From: Candidatus Eiseniibacteriota bacterium
Lineage (GTDB): Bacteria; Eisenbacteria; RBG-16-71-46; CAVPCR01
Direction of reading: 5' to 3'
Length of the DNA: 64,000 nucleotides
NCBI GenBank assembly: GCA_963702435.1
Contig: CAVPCR010000004.1
Span: 384,001 to 448,000, forward strand
Both the position numbers and the translations under genes were made by a program. Below the pieces are notes generated by a model that was not told the origin of the DNA, did not search any database, and worked only from the letters and a program-made list of their open reading frames with translations. Shown here one piece after another: positions 30,515 to 39,247 of the stretch (within the stretch, counting starts at the first letter, position 1; each line of letters starts with the position of its first letter).

Positions 30515-31753
30515 TCACAGCACTCTCCACCAGGGTACGGCCAGCACGTCGGGAGCCAGCCACTCGATCGTCCTTCCCGTGTGCAGCACGAGCCCAGCGC
30601 GCGCCTTCTTGCCGTACTCTGCACGGAAGGTTCGCACATGGGCCGCGTCGCCGAGCCGGGGCCGGCCTGTCGCCTTGACCTCGACAGGCAACAAGCGCCC
30701 GCCCGCCTCGATCACGAAGTCCACCTCCTCGCCGACGCTCGTTCGCCAGTAGAAGACATCGGCTCGCTCCAGGCGCGCGTCCCGCCACGCCAGAAGATCG
30801 TGAAGGACGATGTTCTCGAGATGGGGGCCGCCGGGCTCGGCGCCCCCCCCGAGATGCAGCGCCACTCCCGTGTCACCCCAGTAGAGCTTCGGAGACTTGA
30901 TGAGCCGCTTGGTGCGATTCACCGCGTACGCGGGCACCCGCACCAGCAGGTAAGAAGTCTCGAGGAGATTCAAGTAGCGGTGCACGGTCGGCTGGGGCAG
31001 CGCGACATCTCGGCCTAGTTCCGTCTGGTTGACGAGCTGGCCCAGCCGCTGGCCGGCCGCGCGCATGAGGCGGCGGAAGTCCGGCAGTGCCGCGACCGCG
31101 GAGAGATCCGGCAAGTCGCGCTCGAGGTAGGTGCGAACGTAGCCGTCGAACCACACCGCCCGCTGCCGGTCCGTCTTCAGGTGAACGGCCGGCGTCGGAA
31201 AGCCGCCGCGGCGCGCCAGGGCACGCCAGTCCTCCGGCTCGTCGGGCTCTGCCGACATGAGGTCGAGCCATTGCTCGTCACGGGCGGCAAGCAACTCGTC
31301 CCAGAGCCCGCAGCGGCCGAGCCCGCGCTGCTCCCGGCGCGTCATCGGCCACAGGGTGAGATAGCTCGCTCGACCGGCCAGCGACTCGGAAACCCGGCGC
31401 ATCAGGAGTAGATTGGCCGACCCGGTGAGCAGAAAATGCCCCGGCCGCCGGCGGCGGTCGATCGCCCGCTTGACGGCGCGCAAGAGATCCGGCTCGCGTT
31501 GCACCTCGTCGAGCGTGACCGGCTGCGGACCGCCGAGAAGCACCTCGGGATCGCGCCGTGCCGCATCGACCGTATCCAGATCGTCGAGGGAAAGGTAACG
31601 CCTCCCCGCCGGGGCGAGATCCTGCACCAAGGTGCTCTTCCCGGTCTGGCGGGCGCCGGTCACTACGACAGCGGGCATGGTGCTGAGGCATTCGTCGAGA
31701 CTGCGGCCGACAAGCCGCGGAAGGGTGGCATCCATGCCGCGAATGATAATCAT
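30515..31753 (-). CDS. AAA_14 / DUF4143 ATP-binding protein
   Basis: 'GARQTGKS', 'LDEVQR', 'LTGSA', 'ESLAGR', 'GGFP', 'TYLERD', 'KSPKLY', 'EVDFVIE...VEVK'. ATG 31735 is an alternative start. Confidence 0.9.
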   Translation of the reverse strand: MIIIRGMDATLPRLVGRSLDECLSTMPAVVVTGARQTGKSTLVQDLAPAGRRYLSLDDLDTVDAARRDPEVLLGGPQPVTLDEVQREPDLLRAVKRAIDRRRRPGHFLLTGSANLLLMRRVSESLAGRASYLTLWPMTRREQRGLGRCGLWDELLAARDEQWLDLMSAEPDEPEDWRALARRGGFPTPAVHLKTDRQRAVWFDGYVRTYLERDLPDLSAVAALPDFRRLMRAAGQRLGQLVNQTELGRDVALPQPTVHRYLNLLETSYLLVRVPAYAVNRTKRLIKSPKLYWGDTGVALHLGGGAEPGGPHLENIVLHDLLAWRDARLERADVFYWRTSVGEEVDFVIEAGGRLLPVEVKATGRPRLGDAAHVRTFRAEYGKKARAGLVLHTGRTIEWLAPDVLAVPWWRVL

Positions 31754-31912
31754 TCACGCTGTGAATAGACAAGGGCCAAGCGGGATCCCGGGCGGGCGGC
31801 GTCCGCGGCCGGCCCGCGGGAGCCACGGGCCGGGGGCTCGCTCCTTCTGTGTCGCCCAGCCATTCCTTCCGCACCGCGGCCTGGATCCCGGCGTGGGCGT
31901 CGGAGATGCACA

Positions 31913-32011
31913 AGGGATAGGAATCTCCTTTCGTCAATAGCCCGGGAGGAGGAGGAGAACGGGGAGCCAAGCCGCGCGCGCGACCGACCGGGAGGCGTCC
32001 GCGGCGTGGCG
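31913..32011 (-). mobile_element. 99-bp terminal (oriIS) piece of the IS91/ISCR-like element, inverted
   Basis: Reverse complement matches the last about 99 bp before 36021, ending ctattgacgaaaggagattcctatccct. Confidence 0.88.
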
Positions 32012-32019
32012 GCGGCAGC

Positions 32020-32299
32020 TCGCTCTCGCGGTCCTCTGTCTCCGGTCGCGTGCAGAGCGCCGTGACGAAGCGGCTGCCGAACTCGCGCCAATGGCTGAAC
32101 ACCGGCGGAAGGACACCTGCCCCACCTCGGCGGCTCCGAGCCGGAGGAGGCCATGCCCGGCTCCGCGATGGAACGCCCGTCGGATTCGTTCGCCGAGCAC
32201 CGGGCCGAGCAAGGGGGCATCGTCCTGCGGCACGATCACCAGGCGACCGTGGGGCGTGAGAGAAGGGGTCAGTCCAAGCTCGGTCGAGGTGGACGTCAT
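32020..32299 (-). pseudogene. Frameshifted N-terminal fragment of a SNF2-family helicase
   Basis: 'LTPHGRL...AFHRGAGHGLLRLGAAEVG' and 'FSHWREFGSRFVTALC' resemble N-termini of bacterial SNF2 proteins; cut by the element end. Confidence 0.55.
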
Positions 32300-32583
32300 C
32301 TCTGCGCGCCCTTGCCGAGGTGGCGCATGAGATCGTCGATGAACCACGAGGGGGGAGGTGCTCCGGCAGACCGGTACTCGACAGGGACGACGACGTAGAA
32401 GCCGCGCTTCGGGACGACCAGGCGGCCCTTGCCGGCGAGCCGCATCACTGCCTTCTTGAGCATCACGGCGCTCGTCCCGAGCGCGGCCAGCGCCTCGGTG
32501 CGATCGAAGGTGTACCGACCTGCGCCCTGCAGGTCGTTCACAAGATCGGCCAGCGCTCGGTGTCTTGGTTCGTTGTCAGCCAC
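32296..32583 (-). pseudogene. Truncated type IV TA AbiEi-family antitoxin (N-terminal part)
   Basis: 'LQGAGRYTF...RGFYVVVPVEYRSAGAPPPSWFIDDLMRHLG' then ends; no abiEii partner adjacent. Confidence 0.7.
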
Positions 32584-33444
32584 GTCAGCTCCCCCAGGGA
32601 CCATTGTCGGATGCACAAAGCACCTCGGAGAGGGCCTTTTTGCAATCGTTATCGCGATTCAGCCTTGACCTGCCGGCGGGCGAAATGCGGTGGCTGCGCG
32701 GTTGCGCGCCGAGGTCCAAGGGGCTCAAGCGCCCTGAGTTCGGCGTTCGGCGGCGAGGTTGCCCTTCAAGCGACGGCCGCCTCTCCCACCGGGAGCCGTC
32801 AACCCGGCGTCACAAGGAGGTCTCAGTTCATCGCGTGATTCGAACCTGCAACCGGTGCCGTCGCTTTGGGCAGCAAGCTCAGGGCGGGCACGAAGCCGCA
32901 GGTACCTCATGGCCCGAATCGCCGCCGGTTCGGTGAGGAAGTCCATGTGTGCTCCTCTCTGGCTGAAGAAGCAGGTGGGGACTGGCTCCGGCGGCTGGAA
33001 CGGGAGAGGCGTCATAGGCCCTGCCGAAGCTAGTGACCACGACGCCTTTCGCGATGCAGCCGGGACGCCGTCTGGCGGCAGCGCTTCTTCTTTGGCCGTC
33101 GTGTCTACCGCTGACGCTGCTGTACGGCTCCCGTACCCGCCCCGCCTCGCAGACCGGCACATATGGCTCCCCATCTTGGACGGTGTGCGAACGATTCTCG
33201 TTCTTCGAGTCCCCCGGGTCATCCGGCCGGACCATCCGCCTCCCCCCGCGGCCGAGGGCCCCATCCATCCCGAGGCGACCAGGGAGATGGCATGGAGCAG
33301 GGCCGATCGGACGTGCTGCGTCCAGCTTCTCGGCAGCGCGACGCGGTGCGAGACGTGAGAGGACGTCATCCTGCGCTCCCGGTAACTCCGCTGCCGCTCT
33401 TCGCAGTGGACCCGCCGCCCGTGCCAAGGTAGAATCGGTTCCGC

Positions 33445-33921
33445 ATGGACTTCGGTGAAGCCAAACGAATCCTGGCCGCCTTCGAGCGAGAGGGAGTCCG
33501 TTACGTGCTCGTGGGCTCGATGGCCATGGCCGCGCAGGGGCTCATCCGAGCCACGCGGGACATGGACTTGTTCGTGGCTGCCGACCCGGAGAACATCGCC
33601 CGTCTCCGCTGTGCGCTCAAGACGCTCTTCCCTGAGGATCCCAATGTGGACCTGATCACGGCAGAGGACCTCGGGGGAAGCTATCCCGCGATCGAGTACA
33701 CACCACCTCATGGCCTCTACTCGCTCGACATCCTGACCCGGCTTGGCGAGGCGTTCCGGTTCGAGGACTTGGAGGCGGAGGCGATCGTCGTGGAGGGCAT
33801 CACGATCCGGGTTGCCACGCCGCGCACGCTTTACCGCATGAAGAGGGGGACGGCCCGGCCGCAGGACCGCATTGACGCCGCCGCTATCCGTGAACGATTC
33901 GATCTCCCGGAGGATGCCTGA
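33445..33921 (+). CDS. Pol-beta-like nucleotidyltransferase
   Basis: 'YVLVGSMAM...RATRDMDL' GS/DxD motif and 'MKRGTARPQDRID'. Confidence 0.8.
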   Translation: MDFGEAKRILAAFEREGVRYVLVGSMAMAAQGLIRATRDMDLFVAADPENIARLRCALKTLFPEDPNVDLITAEDLGGSYPAIEYTPPHGLYSLDILTRLGEAFRFEDLEAEAIVVEGITIRVATPRTLYRMKRGTARPQDRIDAAAIRERFDLPEDA

Positions 33922-34232
33922 TGGGAGTGCGGCGATACCGATCCGTGGAGGACATGCCCGCGGGCTCTCCCCGCCGCCCGCTGGATCCCGAGAACCTGGT
34001 GATTGCTTTCGGGCTCATGGATCTCGCGCACCGCATCGCCGCATTGTCATTCCCGCCCGGCATCAAGAAGTACCGCTCCCATGACGAAATGCTGCGCGCG
34101 CGCGAACGGTGGGCGGCGGCCGGGACCCACGGGTCACGCGACGGAGACGATTGCGGACTTCAAGGCCGCGGGGATCCGCACCTACATCCCCGAACCCAAA
34201 ACCCCCGGGGGCCGTCGCCGCTGGAAGGGTAA
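33921..34232 (+). CDS. Small protein coupled to the nucleotidyltransferase; 3' end probably replaced by an IS fragment
   Basis: TGATG overlap; internal repeat 'GVRRYRSVEDM' / 'GIKKYRSHDEM'. Confidence 0.6.
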   Translation: MGVRRYRSVEDMPAGSPRRPLDPENLVIAFGLMDLAHRIAALSFPPGIKKYRSHDEMLRARERWAAAGTHGSRDGDDCGLQGRGDPHLHPRTQNPRGPSPLEG

Positions 34233-34248
34233 ACCACCGGCCCCGTAG
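34125..34248 (+). pseudogene. Fragment of a DDE transposase (IS1182/IS5-like)
   Basis: 'GHATETIADFKAAGIRTYIPEPK...RRRWKGK' resembles the segment after the ADKGY motif. Confidence 0.45.
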
Positions 34249-34444
34249 TATCTGCCTGTGCCTCCCGAAAACTGTCTCTCTGTCCCTCCCGAAAACCCCG
34301 TAGCCGCCTGCCCCAATTGAGTATGCGCCCGCTCGGCCTCGCCGTCCTGCCGTTCTTCCCGTGCCGACCAGCGGAATCGGGTACTCCCTTGCGTCGTGGT
34401 AGTCTCCCTGCTCTCCCCGCAGGCCCGAGCGGTTGCCGCGACCC

Positions 34445-35749
34445 ATGACGCCTATCTTCGCCGCCCTCTTCGCGTTCCTCGGCGCCAGCCTTCGTTCCCG
34501 GGCCTCGATGCAGCTTGAGATCCTCGCGCTCCGGCATCAGTTGGCCGTCTGCCAGCGATCTCTGAAGCGACCGCGTCTCCGGCCCGCCGACCGCCTCCTC
34601 TGGCCCTGGCTCGCCCGCCTCTGGCCGCGCTGGCGAGAAGCCCTCATGATCGTTCAGCCGAGAACCGTCATCACCTGGCAACGGCGCCGCTTCCGCGAGC
34701 ACTGGACCCGTCTCTGCCGCTCGGGGAAACCTGGACGGCCGTTGGTAGCGAAAGAAGTGCGTGTTCTCATCCGGCGGCTGTCGGCCGCCAATCCACTCTG
34801 GGGAGCACCGAGGATTGTCGGCGAGCTCGCCAAGATCGGAATCGCCGTGACCAAGGCCACGGTCGAGAAGTACACGCTCGCCAACTGGCATCCCCACCTG
34901 CACGTGCTCGCCACCGACGGCGCCTTTCGGCCCGACGGCACGTTCGTGCCGCTCGGTGTTCACTCGCTCGCGGTGCTGACCGAGGCGTTCCGCCGCGCCG
35001 TGCTCCGCGCCTTCGTCCAGCGCGGCCTGTTCAGCGCCGAGGTGGCCGCCTCCATGCGCGCCTGGCCCCACTCCGGCTTCCATGTCCACAACGCCGTGCG
35101 GCTCGATGGGGATGACCTCGGCGGCCTCTTGCCGCTCGCTCGCTACGCAGCCCGCGCCCCCCTCGCCCTCACCCGCATCACCTACGACGCTGCAAAGCCG
35201 CAGGTCCTGGTTGCCTCCGACAAGGCCGAAGGGCCCACCGCCGGGACGCATGCCTTCGCTCCTCTCGACTTCCTTGCCCAGCTCCTCACCCACATCCCGC
35301 GCCAGGGCGAACACCTCGTGCGCTACTACGGCGCGTATGCGAGCCGCACCCGCGGCACCTGGCGCCGGCAAGGGATCGGCCCCTGGGTCGAGCGGCAGCG
35401 CGGCGAGGGGGACCAAGAGGACGAGCCACCGGGTGCACCCCGCGATGCCAACGCTGATCCTGGCGGTGACCCGGTGGTGCCACCTCCGGAACCGCTATCC
35501 CCATCGCGGGCCGCGCTCAGGAAGCGCTGGGCGGAACTCCTCCGTCGCCTCTACGAGGTCGATCCGCTGAGTTGCCCGCGGTGCGGGGGCGAGATGCGGA
35601 TCATCGCCTTCCTCCTCGATCCACCGGTGATCGACGCCATCCTCCGCCACCTCCGCCGCGCTGCCTACGACGCGCGGGCCGGCCCGTGGGCGGAGGTGGT
35701 TGGGAGCAATGCGGTGGCGGGGGACGCCGGCCCGGCGGGGTGCGGCTAG
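34445..35749 (+). CDS. Chimeric transposase: N-terminus of an integrase-core (rve)-type IS protein fused in frame to the IS91/ISCR HUH domain
   Basis: 'LEILALRHQL...IVQPRTVITW...GRP...NPLWGAPRIVGEL..IGI.V...TVEKY' joined at 34873 to 'TLANWHPHLHVLATDG'. Confidence 0.85.
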   Translation: MTPIFAALFAFLGASLRSRASMQLEILALRHQLAVCQRSLKRPRLRPADRLLWPWLARLWPRWREALMIVQPRTVITWQRRRFREHWTRLCRSGKPGRPLVAKEVRVLIRRLSAANPLWGAPRIVGELAKIGIAVTKATVEKYTLANWHPHLHVLATDGAFRPDGTFVPLGVHSLAVLTEAFRRAVLRAFVQRGLFSAEVAASMRAWPHSGFHVHNAVRLDGDDLGGLLPLARYAARAPLALTRITYDAAKPQVLVASDKAEGPTAGTHAFAPLDFLAQLLTHIPRQGEHLVRYYGAYASRTRGTWRRQGIGPWVERQRGEGDQEDEPPGAPRDANADPGGDPVVPPPEPLSPSRAALRKRWAELLRRLYEVDPLSCPRCGGEMRIIAFLLDPPVIDAILRHLRRAAYDARAGPWAEVVGSNAVAGDAGPAGCG

Positions 35750-36021
35750 CCCGGCCGGCCGCGGCCAGCGCGCGGTTTGGGGTGCTGCCGATCACCATCG
35801 GCAGCGCAAGGGGAGAGGTGCGCCCAGCCGCGACCGGGCGTCGGTCGGCGGGGCCGCATCGCGGTGCGGCGGCCGCGGCCACCCCGCGGCAACGTCGGGC
35901 CACGACGCGCAGTCGCCGGTCACGCCACGCCGCGGACGCCTCCCGGTCGGTCGCGCGCGCGGCTTGGCTCCCCCTTCTCCTCCTCCTCCCAGGCTATTGA
36001 CGAAAGGAAATTCCTATCCCT
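34873..36021 (+). mobile_element. 5'-truncated IS91/ISCR-like element, copy A
   Basis: Near-identical to 52986-54134; ends GACGAAAGGAAATTCCTATCCCT about 270 bp after the stop. Confidence 0.92.
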
Positions 36022-36022
36022 T

Positions 36023-36256
36023 GATCGGCTGTACGACGCTGAGGGCCAGAACGTCGGGTACTTTCGCGGTGATGTCGCGTATTCGCTTCAGGGAGATTAC
36101 CTCGGCGAGCTATACGACGACGAGCGCATCGGGAAGCGCACGACGCGCATGCAGAGCAGAGGAAGCGCGATGATGGGGCACGTCGGGATCGCCCTGATGA
36201 GGCAAGTCGGACGCGTCGGCCTGTCGGTTGCTGGGTGGTCAGACCCGGATTTCTAA
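36023..36256 (+). pseudogene. Small protein resembling the 4-fold beta-flower family, start removed by the element end
   Basis: 'DRLYDAEGQNVGYFRGDVAYSLQGDYLGEL...GWSDPDF*' begins right after the terminus with no start codon. Confidence 0.45.
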
Positions 36257-36310
36257 CCTCGAGGCAGCTCTGACGCGGGAGTTGGGGTAATGGAGTTGCG
36301 GAGGGACGCT

Positions 36311-36345
36311 AAAAAGGGCCCCAGGTGAGTGCCTGGAGCCCTTTT
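36311..36345. terminator. Bidirectional intrinsic terminator
   Basis: AAAAAGGGC-C-CCAGG-loop-CCTGG-A-GCCCTTTT between convergent genes. Confidence 0.8.
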
Positions 36346-36362
36346 CGAGGCGTGTTCAGTGA

Positions 36363-37097
36363 CTAAGGACCGGATGGTTGACACGTGTCAATGCCGGGGA
36401 CCTCTACGCCGATGGCTCCTCGCTGATCTTGTGGAATGGGCGTGGGCATGTTTCCACCGGCGGTTATAACATGGGTCCCGAGGGGGAACTCAGCCTCGGC
36501 GATGGTGAGCATCGTTCCTGGATTCCCAGCTCGGATGAGCAGGCGGCCGATAGGAGCAAGATCTCCACCACGCAGAGGGTTGAAAGCGACGGCATAGTTA
36601 CCATTGCCAGTACAGGGCGTGACCACCTCGATGGCTCCTGATCGGCAGCTGCCGATCCATCCGTAGCAAGTCCAGCTTGGATCCCATGAGAGGCGCAGCT
36701 GGATGCCGGTCACGGCCTCGTAGTCAATGAGGTAGACGTACACGATGACGAGCGCTGCGGAGTCGACCGTGGTGGTCGCGGTCTGCGTGGCGCAGTCGAG
36801 TCCCTGGAGCTGCGGCGTCTCACAAGTGGAGGCCGGATCGTAGGACACAGCGTGGAGGACGATGCGCGTATCTGCGTTGGGTGTGCTTGGTGGCGCCTCG
36901 ACGGGGGTGGGGGTGACATCGGTGACTCCAGACGTGTCGATGACGACGCCTACGGAGTCATCTACCTGTAGATGGCCGTCGCCTGGCACCACCGCTGGGG
37001 GGTTGATGGCTTTGTTCCCGGGAGGGGCGCCGGGATCAAGACAGCTCAGTGCGGCCATGAGGCCCAGGAGCACTGAGACCAGAGTAAGGTTTTTCAT
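36363..37097 (-). CDS. Lipoprotein, hypothetical (Cys-containing beta-sandwich)
   Basis: AAGGAG RBS; 'MKNLTLVSVLLGLMAALSC' lipobox; Pro/Thr linker. Confidence 0.75.
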   Translation of the reverse strand: MKNLTLVSVLLGLMAALSCLDPGAPPGNKAINPPAVVPGDGHLQVDDSVGVVIDTSGVTDVTPTPVEAPPSTPNADTRIVLHAVSYDPASTCETPQLQGLDCATQTATTTVDSAALVIVYVYLIDYEAVTGIQLRLSWDPSWTCYGWIGSCRSGAIEVVTPCTGNGNYAVAFNPLRGGDLAPIGRLLIRAGNPGTMLTIAEAEFPLGTHVITAGGNMPTPIPQDQRGAIGVEVPGIDTCQPSGP

Positions 37098-37113
37098 TTC
37101 GGTACTCCTTTGC

Positions 37114-38352
37114 TTACCTGAGGACAATGGCCTTATGGGTGAGGTCTCGGCCGGCGGCGTGGATGCGGTAGAAGTAGACGCCGGAGGAGACCGGTTGCCC
37201 GCCATCAGTGCGGCCGTCCCAGGTGGCGGCGTGCTCGCCGGGGTCTTCGAAACGGTCGACGAGCCGGCGGATGAGGCGACCACTGGGCGTGAGGACATCG
37301 AGAGTTACGTGCCCGCGAGTCGGGAGCTGGTAGGTGATGCGGGCAGATCCGGGCGAGGGGTTCGGCGCTATCCCGCGAAGCGCAAACGGTGGGGCCATCG
37401 GCACGTGATCCCGGACGGCGTAGACGAGTCCGAGACAGTTCGTGCCCTTGGGGACGCCGATGTCGAGAAAGATGTTCCCTGGTTCGTTCGCAAAGGGGTA
37501 CCCGAAGGTGTCCCATCCTTCGCAGAACTCAGAGAATTCATAGATGAAGTGCCCGCCGATCATGTAGTTGACCGAGACATCGGCGATCTCAGTTATCCCG
37601 GTATAGAAGGTGGTGCTGTTGTCGTCATCGTTATAGGCGTCGTGGTCGTTGGGAAGGTCGTAGATGTCCCAGAGGTGGGTGGCGACGGCACGCTCCGCCG
37701 ATTCCCCGCGCGGGTAAGGGGTGTTTCCGCCCCATTCGAGGTCGTAGGTCTCGGGCAGCGTGTCGTTGAGGGCACCGTTGTAGACGTAATCTTCGAACAG
37801 GAAATCGTTGGTGGCCCCGCACGGGTAGAACCACGCCCAGCCTTCACTGTACGCGCAGTATGGGTCGGTGACAGCCCCCCAGTGATGGCTGTTGCAGGGG
37901 GTGGTCGGCGGTGGGAGGGCCGCAAGGGTGTTCAACACGTGATGGGCATATTCATGGCCGATGATGTCGAAGTCCCACTCATCGAATCGAATGTCGCTTG
38001 GTGGATTGCTGTAGCCATCGAGGTGGATGATCGCATCTAGGCGTGTGTAGTAGGAGTATGTTTGTGGTAGCGTGCGGTCCCAAATGCACTGGACTGGCGG
38101 GGCAGTGTAACCGGTCGCCGTCTCGGTGAAGTGGGCGAGGTCGTAAAGGTCGTATGTGATGTTGAAAGCACCGCGCTCGGTGCCGGTATAGGTGAAGGCC
38201 CCATAGAGGCCTTCGAGATCGATGAAGTTGGCGTTGTTGACGTACCGGGCCGCAAGGGGAAGCCAGACGCCATATCCATAGAGGTAGTCGTCTTGATCGA
38301 CAACGGTCCGGTAGTCGACCAGGTCGGTGGTCCATGTCGGGATGAAGAGCTG
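37114..38352 (-). pseudogene. 3' part of a transposon-interrupted secreted zinc metalloprotease with FlgD-Ig tail
   Basis: The frame stays open upstream of the ORF-track start to 38352 and contains 'WDFDIIGHEYAHH' (HExxH), 'AYSEGWA' and C-terminal 'APNP...WDG...SGVYF'. Confidence 0.8.
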
Positions 38353-38407
38353 TGAGCGTGGGCGCGGTGTTTGATGGCATTTGAGTCACGCATGTCGAGG
38401 GGAGTGT

Positions 38408-39247
38408 TTATCGCGCCTTGGCGCGGCCGCGGTCGGGGACCTTCGGCACGGTGAAGACCTCGAGGTAGAGCTTTTCGTCGAGCTGGCGTGCATCACGCTG
38501 AACGGCAGCATCGAGGAGCTCTCCGGCCATGGTCATGAGGATGCGGTAGTTGCCGGCGGCGTGCTCGCAGAGCGTGGTCATGAGCTCGGTCGTCATCAAG
38601 TGCGGGTTTCCGGTCTGGTTGAGGGCGTGACGCAAGCATTCGAGCAGTTCCTGTGGAGTGGCGGGCTGGAGGACGAGGCGAACACGCATCCGGCTGCCGA
38701 GGGGAAGGAGCTCCTCGCCGCGGAAGTTCTCGGTCAGGCGAGAGTCACCGCCGAGGACGACGGTGAGGAGCGCGCGGGAGTCGAGCTCGGTGGCGCAGAG
38801 CAGGCGGAGCTCGTTGAGCACGGCGGGCCGCATCTCCTGTGCCTCGTCGACGATGAGCACGGGACGGAGGAGAGCGGCTTCGATGTGCGCTTGCCAGCGT
38901 TCGCGGAGCACCCGGGCTCCGGCCCAGCGGTTGTGGGGTGAGAGCTGAACGCCGAACAGGTCGCCGAGCTCGCGGTAGAAGTCGGGGACGCCGCTCTGGG
39001 GACGGGTGAGGATCCCGACCATGAGGTCACGATGTCCGGAGAGCTTGTCGACGAGGAGCCGCAGCGCGACCGACTTGCCGAGTCCGGGATCGCCGGTGAT
39101 CAGGGCGAAGCCTCCTTCGCGGGTCAGGTTCTCGACGCGCCACGAGAAGTGCTCGAGCTTGGGAGTGAGGAGGAGCGCCTCGATGGGGACCTCGGGCGAG
39201 AAGGGGTTCCACTTGAGGCCATGGAGCGAGAGGAGCTTCGGGTTCAT
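38408..39247 (-). CDS. ExeA/AAA_22-family transposition ATPase
   Basis: 'GLKWNPF', Walker A 'GDPGLGKS', Walker B 'LIVDEAQ'. Confidence 0.9.
   Translation of the reverse strand: MNPKLLSLHGLKWNPFSPEVPIEALLLTPKLEHFSWRVENLTREGGFALITGDPGLGKSVALRLLVDKLSGHRDLMVGILTRPQSGVPDFYRELGDLFGVQLSPHNRWAGARVLRERWQAHIEAALLRPVLIVDEAQEMRPAVLNELRLLCATELDSRALLTVVLGGDSRLTENFRGEELLPLGSRMRVRLVLQPATPQELLECLRHALNQTGNPHLMTTELMTTLCEHAAGNYRILMTMAGELLDAAVQRDARQLDEKLYLEVFTVPKVPDRGRAKAR

Noticed and set aside
38408..39247. Type II secretion ExeA
   Set aside because: It overlaps a DDE transposase inside IRs and no gsp genes are present; it is a transposition ATPase.
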